From: Bilabrum cf. latius
Lineage: Eukaryota
Direction: 5' to 3'
DNA length: 64,000 nucleotides
Assembly: GCA_965178125.1 (NCBI GenBank)
Contig: OZ237746.1
Coordinates: 62,001 to 126,000, forward strand
Positions 38,736 through 49,660 of the stretch are shown piece after piece. Position 1 is the stretch's first letter; every line of letters begins with the position of its first letter. A program made the position numbers and the translations under genes. The notes under the pieces are model-generated. The model was not told the DNA's origin. It ran no database searches and worked only from the letters and a program-made list of their open reading frames with translations.

Positions 38736-41700
38736 ATGTCAAGTGCAAGCGGGGCAAGTTCCCCATCTTCTGATGTCCCTTGGGACGCTAGCATGGTGGC
38801 TTTGGTAAGCAACCGGTGCTGGCCCGACACTTTCGCCGTGCGACCTGTGCTGCCCATCCGTTTATCGCAATTTCCTCGGCGGACCCCTCCACTGCGCAGT
38901 GTGCCGCAATCGGGGTTAAACGATCCCATTTAGAACGCTAGCGAGAGCAAGTTCGATCCATTGCGTGCTTCCAGGTGCCCGCGCTCCGCTGCCATTCGGT
39001 CGACTACTTTCGCCAAGTTGAGGATGTGGAGTGCGTGCAGTGCAGGCACATGAGATCAATTCATCTTCCCTCGCTTGTCGTTCTGCGAATTTTAAATCTG
39101 AACGAATGCGGTCTCGAATCTATGGCCGGCGTAGCTGCCCTCCCTTCGCTGGAGCGGCTGTACCTGGACGGCAACAAGATTCGTCGGGTAGAGGGGCTGG
39201 CCAGGCTGCGCCGTCTGCGGACGCTCTGGCTGAACGACAACCGGATCGAGAGCTTGGCTGGAATCCATGGCACCGCCGCAAGCGAGAGCCTCGAGACGCT
39301 GTGGGTGGCCCGCAACCGCGTGCACTCGCTGGGTTGCTCGCTCGAGGGCTGCTCCCGTCTGCAGGAGCTAAACCTGGCCGACAACTCCATTGGGCACTTC
39401 GGAGAACTGGCTACCCTCGCCCGGCTGCCCTCTCTGAGGAGCCTTGCGCTGGAGGACCCCCACTTCGGGGGCAACCCCCTGTGCGCGCTCTGCAACTACA
39501 CCCCCCTTGCCCTCCACCAGCTGAGGGGGGTCCAGGCCCTTGATTCCATACGGCTCAGCGAGGAGCAGAAGGCGGGCGCAGAGGCGACTTTCTTGAAGAA
39601 GCGCATGTACTACAACATGAGGATCCGCACCATCCACAGGAACACTTCCAACGTTCTCAGGCGGGCGGCATCGGCTCTGGGGGCCCGCATCGGGGAGATT
39701 CGCACGGGGGCGAGGCAGCTGCTCATGGGATGGAGGGACCTGCTTGCGGGCATGTCGGCGGCGAGGGGCCTGCTGGAGGCAGGGGACGAGGGGCTGGCCA
39801 AAGAGGCAAAGAGGCAGGAACCCAGGCTGAGGAGCATGCTCCGATCGATCGAGGACTGCGTGAGGCATCGGCTCGCGGCGGAGGTCAGGCTCCGGTCCGG
39901 GCTGGATTCCCTGCGATCCACGCTGCGGAGCGTGTCTCAGCTGCATGTGAGGAGGTTGGTGCTGGAGCTGGAGACCGGAGGCAACATCCGACTGGAGGAC
40001 GGGAGGCGGGGGGAGCTGTGGCACGACTCTTGCGTTGACCTGGTGCGGTCGAGGTTCCACTCGAAGGACTTCCAGGCCGTCGGGATCAAGGGGGTGCGGG
40101 TCAGGAGGGTGACCCGCATCCACAACAGGTACCTGCGGGCCAGGTTCGAGAGGAGGAAGGCCGCCATCATCGGGGCCGATCCGGAGCTGGCGCAGGAACT
40201 GGGGGCTGCGGGGACACAGGGCGGGGCGGGGGCGTCTGCGGCAGGGACCAGGAAGGGTGGGGGAGTGGGAGGTAAGGAGGGGCAGGGCAGGGCCGCCGCG
40301 GATGCGGCGCGGCGCCGCGCGCTGGAGTACCTGTTCTACGTTCCGCAGTGGTCCAGGGAACAAGCGGACCGGGAGCCCTGGCGCGCCGTGGAGGAAATCC
40401 AGCGGATCGCCGAGCACGGGTTCAGCGTCCCACAGCACGCGCAGGCGGCAGCGCCAGTCCCGCCGCCCTACTCTGCCCCCGCCACGAGGCTCCCGCCGCC
40501 TACGTTCGCCCACCCCCGGAAGCGGTTCGGGAAGGCAGCTCAGCAGCCCACGCCCGCCCAGCGCCTTGCGGCCGAGACCACGGGTCCGTGGGAGTACCCG
40601 GCCGCGCCCGGCGTGCTGTTCTCCAACTCGCTGTCTGCCCTGGAGCTGCCTCGAGTGGCGGAGGCAACGGCCCGCACACTGGAGCAGCACCGGGGCCCAC
40701 TGCTGGAGGGGCTGGGCTCCGAGGTGAAGCAGTGGAGGAGACAGGGGGACAGGGGCAGAATCGGATCATCGTCGTCCCCATCATCACCACCACCGTCCTC
40801 TTCGTTCCAGGCGTCTTCCGGGCATGCGGCAGCTGCATTTGGCGTGCCTGCAAGCGTGGCTCAGGTGGCTGCGGCTGCCTTGCGAGACCTCCAGCAGCAG
40901 CAGCAGCAGCGGCATGGAAATGAACCGGGGGAAGATTCAAAGGAATCGGAGCTGAAACCCAGGCCTGCCGCGTCCGGTGCCGGCAGTCTCGACGGCAGCT
41001 CCTCTGCCCCTGCCCCTGCATTTCCCGATGCCAGCGATGCAGCCACCGGGCTAGACGGGCTTGCCGCCCTGCACGCCTCTGCCTCGGACAGAGTGGCCTC
41101 CTGCCTGGAAGGAGCCATTGCCACTGGGAGCGCCGGGAGGGAGCGAGCGGGCTGGAGCGCCACCGGCATGCTGCAGGCCACCGGCATCGAGAGCTCCGGG
41201 GGGCCCCTGTCCATGGGTGGCGCGGGGATGGCTTCGTTCACGAGGCTGGCTGTGAGAGAGAAAGTGGCGAATGAGACGGCCGCTGCCGCTGCGGCGAGTG
41301 GGCAGGGGAACGGGTCCAGGCACGGTGCCTCTGGGAGTATGTCTCTTGACTCGTCTGCCGGCGCTCTGCTGGGCGAGACGGGGCCTCGCCTCACGAGGGC
41401 GGGCTGCTCCGAGGGTGTGCTGCTGATCTCCAAGGTGTTTCTGGGGCATTGCATGGGGGCTGAGGAGGCCTGGGAGCTGCACCACGGGGACGAGGACGAG
41501 GGGGACGAGGACGATGATGCCGATCAGGAGGACTCGCAGTAGCAGCAGCAGGGGGCGTTTGGAGGCAGGAGTCCGGTCTCCTCCGGAGCAGCGAGCCCAT
41601 ATTACAGGAGCTCACCGGCTGCCTCCAGAGCAAGCACGCCCGCTGGCCCCAGCCCAAAGGAGAGAAAGAGGCAGCAGCGCAGGCGACCGGTGCACAGCGT

Positions 41701-44700
41701 GGTGTCGGCACGTGGAGACGATCCCAAGCAGCGGCAGTGGTGCGTGCTGGATCCCAACACGGTACTGCCAGAGTACATCGTTGAGTTCGAATACTTGTAC
41801 GAGCCGTCTGCCGAGGCTATTCGGGCGGGGATCGCCAGTGGGACAGCGATGGGCGCGGGTGCGTCGGTTGCCTCGCAGGGAGCTGGCAGGACCAGTCCCC
41901 ACGATGCGGGGGGGCTGTCAGTGGTGGGCCGCACCAGCGCCGCCTCCCAGGCATCTGCCAGCGCCAGGCACTCGCCCACGGGCAGTGCGGGGGGCAGTCT
42001 CGGGGGTAGGAGCAGCCGGACTGGAGGCGGCGCGGGAGAGGGGGAGGACGGAGACGGCCAATACATCGCTCCTGTGGGGAGCGGGGGCTCCAGCGTGGTG
42101 GCTGAGCTGGAGGCACTGGCCTAGATCGCGCTGGGTGGGATTGGAGGAGGTGGTGGAAGTGGGGGGGCTATAGGGGGGGGCGAGGAGGAGGGCGGGGATG
42201 GTCGAGGGGGGCCGCCCGCCGTGCACCTGGCACCCCAGGAGGAAGCGGATCTGCGGCCTCTGGCCCGTCCTCTGGCCCGTTTCGTGAGAGATTGCTTGGG
42301 ACTGGGGGCGTACTTCGCAGGGCCCGGGGAACAAGAGGCGTAGGACGCGGTGGCTAGAGTGGCGGACGATCTGCCCACCCGACCCACCCCGAGGGAGTGC
42401 CTGGCGCTGGCCGTGCAGGTGGCAGGCGACGGTGGTGGTGTGACGAGCGCGATTGGCGGCGGCGGTCCCGACGGGCTGCAGATGGTGTCGTCCCCCGCGG
42501 GTCCCGCCGCCAGCCTGCACTCGTCATCCCACGCAGCCCTGCTGTCCCTGCCGGAGCCCTCATCCGGCCCCCAGGCCAGCCGGGCCCTCCGTGGACTCGC
42601 CGCCCTGTCCCTGGCATTCTGTTCCCTGCAGTCGCTGGACACCATCGCGCCTCTGCTGTCGATGCTCGAGAGCATCCGGTTGCTTGACCTCACGGGCAAC
42701 GCGATCTGCGAGCTGACGAGTGGGGAGCATGAGCAGGAGGATAGCCAGGACGGCACTGGGGCAGGTGCGGCATCATCCTCCTCCTCCTCCTCTCCCGACA
42801 CCTGTCCCCTGGCCGCAGTGGGAGACACGCTGGAGGTGCTGCTGCTCACTGACAACCGCATCGCTGGGCTGGAGGACCTGCCTGCCTTGCACAGGGCAGT
42901 GCCTGGGCTCCGGTCGCTGTGCCTGCGGTACAACCCGGTGGCGCAGGCGCAGGTGACAGAGGAGACCGCGGCAGCGGGGTCAACAGAGCCCGACACTGCC
43001 GTTGGATTCGACACGGGCGGCGGTGGTGGTGCTTCCAGCAGTGGCAGCGGCCTGGATGCAAGCGAGATCGGCGAGCCGGGCATTCAGGCCGTGCTGTCGC
43101 TGATGCACGCAGGGAGGGCGGGGGCGGCGGTGCCCGACGAAATGCGGCTCCTCGCACCCAATCCCGCCGAGGGGCCCACAGGTGGGGGTCTCCCGCGAGG
43201 CAGTGCGGTGCACCTTGTGCCTGGCAGCGGCGCGGTGGGCGGCAGGTACCGCCGGGAGGTGCTCCGCGCTGTTCCCTCGCTGACCCACATCGACGGGGTG
43301 TTGTTGCTGCCCAGGGAGAGACAGGCGGCGGTGGGGGCGCCCACGAGCGTGTCCAGGGCACTGGCGGCCTCCAGGGCGGTCGATGCGGTGGGGAGGCCAG
43401 CCTACGAGACCAATGCGAGGGGAGGGGAGGGTGCGGTGGAAGATGGGGAGAGGGAGGGGGAGGTGACGGAGATGGGGGCCGTCACTGGCGCACCGTCCTA
43501 GGCCCGAGGTCCTTCTGGTTTAGCCACCATGGTGCAGGTGGGCAAACCCGACACCCTGGATCTCAGCCGGCTGGGCCTGCGCACGCTCCTCGGGGACGGC
43601 TTGCGATCCGTGGGCGGTCTCCGCGTGCTGGACGTGTCTTGGAACGAGCTGACCGGGCTGGAGGGTGTGGGTCACATGAGCCAGCTGGAGGAGCTGAGGG
43701 CCGAGGGGAACAGCCTGTCCAACGGGAGCCCAGAAGGGGCAGCTCCAGCGGGTGATGGGACCACGGGCGCCGCTTCTTCAAGCACCAGCACCAGCACCAG
43801 CCTGGTCTCCCTGCGTCCCCTGGCCCCTTCACTGCTCCGGCTAGACCTGGGCCGCAACCGACTCTCTTCTTTCGAGGGGCTGCAGGGACTAACCCGGCTG
43901 CAGCAGCTGAGTCTCGAGGACAACGGGATCACTCGGCTGGACGGGCTGAGCCGGCTGCAGCACCTCATGGAGTTGTACCTGGGGAACAACAAGGTGCGAC
44001 CGCTCAAGGAGGTGCTCCGTCTCAGGGAATTGCCGCGGGTCATCATCCTGGACCTCAGCGGCAACCCGCTGGCGCTGCAGGGCAAATACAGGCTGTTCAC
44101 GGTGTACCACATGAGGAGGCTCAAGGTGCTAGACGGGGCCTCCATCTCCAGCAGGGAACAGCAGGAGGCCAGGGAACAGTACAGTGGGAAGCTGACCCTC
44201 GATTTCCTGGAGGACAGGCTGCAGGGCCGCAGATTCGACTCCATCCGGGAGCTCGACCTGAGCGCGGGCCGGATCAAGGACATGGAGCTGCTGCCGGGGA
44301 ACAAGTTCTGCAACCTCGAGGTGGTGGACCTCAGGAACAACAGCCTCACGGGACACGGGGTCAAGGGCCTCCGGGCCCTCCCCAAGCTGAGGGTGCTGCG
44401 CCTGGGCTCCAACAAGGTGCACTCGGTGGTGGCCGCGGTGACGGCGCCGGCGCCGAGGAGTGATGCAGCGGCGGGAAATGGCGAGGGGGCTGGGGCTGGG
44501 GCAGCGACGGGGACTGGCAAGCCCTACTCGCCGTTTCCTTCCCTCAGGGAGCTGGATCTGTCCCAGAACGCGGTCGCGGACGTGGGTGCTGTGGGGCTGC
44601 AGCACCTGCCGGGTGTGACGAGCGTGGATCTCAGCGGCAACGACATCACCAAGCTGCAAGGGGGGCTCAGGGGCTGCGGGCACCTGCGGTCTCTGTCGCT

Positions 44701-45595
44701 GAGCAAGAACAGGATCCGGGTCGTCGAGCTGTCCGACATGCAGGCGCTGACGGGGCTGACGTCGCTGCGGCTGGCGGAGAACGGGATCAAGCAGCTCGGC
44801 GGGCTGACCTGCCTGCAGCCGCTGCAGCTGCTGGACCTCTCGGGCAACCGGGTGCACGACATGTTCGAGATAGAGAAGCTGGCCGCACTGCCCTTCCTCG
44901 CCGATCTGAGGATGCAGGGCAACCCGGTGTGCAGGCGGCAGCTGTACAGGCTGGGCGTGCTCCGTCACCTAGACCTCCTCGCCAGGCTGGACGGGCAGCC
45001 TGCCACTGACGAGGAGAAGCAGAGGGCCGCCGCCATGTTCGACGGGGGCGGGGGCGGGGGCGGGGGCGTTGTCGAGGACGGGGGGGGCAGGAGGACCCCA
45101 GGAGGGGGAGTGACGTACTACGGTGGACCAGGGGGTGGTGCTGTGACGAGTGCGAGGTCTGGTTCCCCCGGGATGGGGGTGCTGGGGGTGGCGGGGTCCT
45201 CGGCCGGGGGGGGCCCGGGTTCCAGGGGTCGTGTGACGGCCGTGACCCTGGGCGCGCTGTCGGTGATGGGGTCGGGGCGTGGGGGGCGGGGGATGGTGGG
45301 GAGGGGGGGAACAGGTCTGGTCGCGGGTCTGGTGCCCAGTCGGGGCGGTGGATCAGGTGTGCTGGGCGGGGGGTTCGGAGTGGGGGGGGGTGAGGCGGGG
45401 GTGCTGGCCGCGAGGGGCTCCCGCAGGCGCGGGGGCGCTGGGAGCGGTGCCTCCGGGCGGTCCGTGAGCGGAGGACTGGTGGGAGGGGCTGCCCCGGGGA
45501 CCAGGGGGTCTGCAAGTGGAGCACACGGCCACGGGTCACGGAGGTCTCCGCGGGCAGTACGCTACGGCAGCTCGTCAGCTTCGTTCCGCGGCTGA
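38736..45595 (+). CDS. LRRC9: Leucine-rich repeat protein, LRRC9-like (cilia-associated)
   Basis: Several SDS22-like LRR blocks with LRRcap motifs (GNPLC, GNPVCRRQLYR...LDG). LRRC9-type segments KKRMYYNMRI, ELETGGNIRLEDG and WHDSCVDLVRSRF. Intron 38805-38899, TAG read-throughs, TGA stop. Confidence 0.8.
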
Positions 45596-45943
45596 CGGAT
45601 CCAAAATTTGGATTCCAAATTCCACAATTTCAAATCCTTGCAAGCACTTTATTGACCGAACGAACAGGACTATGAGAAATCATGTCTAGAAAACTACACA
45701 GCAACGATCGGAGAGAAGGAGGGAATGTCACGTTGCCCATGGACGGAATGAGAGCGCCCGAGGGAGGGAGCGCCCCAGCCCACAGAAGGGGAGATAGTGG
45801 GGAGCACGAGGCCACCCCAGGATAAGGTAAAAGCCCGCGGCCAGACGAGTCATCCCTGCCGCACGAGCCGCCAGACAGGCGGCAACATCCTGATCCGGAT
45901 TGGCCAGCACGGCCATGCTCAGCCCTAAGTGGAGTCATCCTTC

Positions 45944-48900
45944 TCACATCGGCAGGTCGCGCCGGCGGGAACCGCTGCGCCCGCTCCTCCGGCTCCTACG
46001 GCCGGAGCTGGAGTACCCGCCCGCCTCACTGTCCTCGTCATCCTTGCCCCCGAAGGCAGCCCCCATCCCGCCCACGCTGGAGCCCCGCCCCATCCCGTCC
46101 CCTCGGCGGCTCTTGCTCCTCCGGCTCCTGCGGCCGCTCCTGCCGCCCCCTTCTCCTCCCCCGGTCATCCCCAGCTGCGAGCCTTCCCTCCTCACCCCAC
46201 CCCCTCCCCCTCCCTCCAGGTCGATGTCACGCGGATCCACTGCCCCCCTGCCAGGGGGCACGACACCCGGGGAGCTCCCCCCCAGTGCCCCCACGAGCCC
46301 CTGTGCGCTGCTCCTGCGGCCCCTGCCACCACCACCCATGGAGCCCCTACGGCCCCGGGACCGAGGCCTGCCCTAGGCCACGGCACCGGCCGCCTCCTCC
46401 TCCTCCTCCTCGTCATCGCCCATGCCCTGATCATAGAACAGCGCGTTGCTCAGGTTGATCAGCCCGCTGTCCTCCCGCCGCACCCGCGCCTCCCCGTACC
46501 CCACGTCCAGCACGCTCGCCACGTCGTCGTCACGGTGGTCTCCCCGGTGGCCCCGGCCGCCCCTCAGCTGCGAGGCGGCGTGGGCCTCGAGGGCGGCCCG
46601 GCGAGAGAGCAGCGCAGCCGCGCGCTGCTTGGCCGTGGCCTGCGCGGCGGTCGCAACCACCCGGCAGGCGTTCTTCTTGGACTGCTCCGCCTCCCTGCGG
46701 GTGCCCTTCGCGTCTGCCAGGCGGTCCACCAGCGCCCCCAGGTACTCCGGGTTCGCGGGGTGCCTGAGGAACACGCGGCAGCCCAGCTCGGCCATCTCAC
46801 GACGGCTCATGTGCGCGGAGGTCTTGGGGCCCGCGGAGCCGTCGGCGGGTGCCGCACCAGCCGCAGAGGCGGTCCGCCCGCGCAGCTCCCTGGGCAGCTT
46901 GAGGCGGTACCCGACCACGTACAGGGGCCCGAACAGCCGGCGAGTGCGCATGGCCGGGCTGTCCACGGCACCGTCGTCGCTCTCCTCCCCCTCCTCCTCG
47001 TCACTGGAGGGCTCCTCCGAGTCCTCATCGCTGGCATCGGCTCCGGATCCGTCCAGGGACACGGACTCGGCCCTCCCCGATGGCTTCCACCCGGCGGGCT
47101 TGGCCTTGCCCTTGGCTCCCTCCTGCCCGTCAAAGCCCCTCTGCGCCTGCGCGGCGCTGTAGACGAGCAGCCCCGCGGCCTTCGCGTCCCCTTTGGCCAT
47201 CGAGGTGACCCTCCGCACCTCCTCGCCGTTCACCATCACGGCCGCGTACTGCTTGGTCCTGCCCTTGGCCGCCACGAACCTGAAGTCCTTTGCCCGGAAC
47301 AGGAAGTCCGCCTGCACCTCCACGCCATTGCCCTCCGCGTTCACCCTCTCGAGAGCGTCCTCCATCATGCGCTGCCTCACCGGATCCGGCTCCACGATGA
47401 GCACCCTGACCCTGAGCCTCCGGGCGTCCCTCTGCAGGTGCTCCATGGCACGCTGCACCACGCCCAGCAAGGCGCTCTCGTCCATGGCCACGTCCGCCTG
47501 GCTGGTGGCGCCCAGGGCAGCGGCCAGGGCGGGATCCGCGGGTCCGTCGGTGAGGGCGAGGGGGTCGGCGACGGCTCCTCCACCCCCGATGCGGGGGGCA
47601 GAGGCGCCGTGGTTCCGCCCGGAGGCTGACGCGGCGGAGGAGGGGACGGGCTGCGCGTTGCCTGCCTCGTCCGCCTGCCGCTTGATGTCCGAATCGTCCA
47701 GTGCCTCCTCGGCTGCCTCCGCTGCAGCCTTGGCCTTGGCGGCTGCGCGGGCGGCCTTCTTTGAGCTCTTGTTGCCCTCGGCGGTGATGTCCAGGGACGC
47801 GATGCCGTGCTTGCGCTGGGGAACCAGGCGCCAGCGGACCCACCACGCCACGAAGGACTGCACGTTCTTGGAGACCTGCGTGTGCGGCGGGGTGGTGCAG
47901 GCGCAGGTGCAGGGGCAGGTGCAGGTATGATACGGGACTCGTGAATTTGCTTGCTACCGTGCTAAAACTTTGGACTTGTCGATATGTGTCGCCGTATTGG
48001 ATTACCAGTCGGCAGTAGGCGATGCGGCAATGCCGGCCTGCCGCAACAAGTATCTCCGACGGCCCAAATCGCAGCGACCGTGCCCGTTGGCTGCCAGTGC
48101 AGCAGACTCCCGCGGCAGTCGCATCGCGCGAAGTATTTGTAATACGCCATCAAAGAAGCACGAGTACTCACGATGTCCAAGATAGCGTGCAGGATGATGG
48201 ACGAGGATATGTCGATGACGCCGAAACCTTCGGGGCCGAGCAGCCACACCACTGCGACGACGATGCGGACGAAAGGGCGTGTAAACGGGATGCAGCAATG
48301 CTTACGGGCGAATCCAACGCTAGTGCACGGTCCATTTAGTTTGTATTTCTACGATCTCGCCGTGCTCGGCGCCACTCACGAGGAAACATGGTCCAAGACG
48401 TGAAGAAAAGACCGAACAGCGTGTTGACTCCCTTGTGCGCAGCCTCGGGATATGACTGGATGCAGCGCCCCCACACATCGTACATGATGTAGAAAATACC
48501 AGCCCCAGCCATGAGCCCGAGCAGGAACAGTACGACCTTGGCGGGTCCCTGCGGGATAGAGGATCCGGTCTTTAACGAGCCAGCAATGCTTCGGAGATGC
48601 GAGCCACGATTCAGGCACCAATCTGAGACTCACGCCGTAAATGATAGCTCCAACACCAAACACAATCATGAGCTGGTCAAGGATCAGCAGAGTCAGCGTG
48701 TCGGTTGGCTTCTTGAGCTTGCGGCTCAGCGGCATGTTGGAGAGCAGGATCAGGAGCACTGGGCACGTGGCTAGCCAGCCGCCGTACCTCATGTAGTTGA
48801 ATGGCGTGCCATCGAGGTCAATCAGCGCGTTGCCTCCGAACACCAGCCCAATCAGGTACGTTGACGGCTCTGCGAAGGCGAGCGAGGACAAGCCGTGAGA

Positions 48901-49498
48901 AGCAGGACACGATGAGATAAATGATGGAGGGCCTTTGGTAGCCACCGCTTCGGACAGAAAACATCCTAGTTGAAAATACACTTGATGCAGCAGAGATCTC
49001 TGCCGCACGATCAGGTTTTCCGGAGCATGCCGCCTGTGAAGCAGCCATGATCGGCTGCGTTGTCACCGTGACACAAGGAAGTATTGCGGCGCCTCCGCGC
49101 GCACCAACAAGAAGAAATCACTCACCAACTGCCGCGACATATAGAACCTGCAAAGACGAGGGCGTGGCTCGCCATGCAGGCCGGTAGGGGTGCTTTTGGT
49201 GGGCAAGTGAAGCGAAACAGGCGTCGAGGTCCGTTGCAGCCCAGCGACTGAGCAGCTGGTGCCTCCGATCTGACTTCTTACCTCCCATCCGCATCGTTTC
49301 TGGGTTCTTTGGTAGTAGTAAAAGGCACACTGGCACAAACTGACGATAATGACGGTCGTGGCTGCGTGCATGGTGAGCCGAATTGTTGCAACAGACATCA
49401 ATGCTCGGACAGTCCAATCGGGCTATAGCAGAAGCAATGTATTGGTTCTCACACGCCCATGTCGAAAGCCCAAGCTCTACGTTAATAGTACTAGCCAT
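45944..49498 (-). CDS. Anion-channelrhodopsin (ACR)-type rhodopsin, 854 aa, with C-terminal degenerate receiver-like domain
   Basis: Seven phase-consistent GT-AG exons: 49498-49453, 49361-49282, 49147-49126, 48869-48634, 48548-48380, 48251-48172, 47875-45944. Motifs CGWEVLYVAAVE, RYGGWLATCPVLL, LDQLMIVFG, WTMFP, LGPEGFG and ILDIVSKN (retinal Lys). TAG=Gln at 46373-46375, TGA stop. Confidence 0.9.
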
Positions 49499-49660
49499 GT
49501 TCCTACCAAGCTGATTACTTTGAAGGTAATAAGGATGCCCTCGGTCGCAGCCTGCTCGTGGTCGCATGATTTGGCGCCGCGAGCAGTGGTTCCGTGCGGG
49601 AAAAGGAACGTTCCATGCTCCAATCAAGATTCGAAATGAAGTTTTGACAAATCGCGATCA

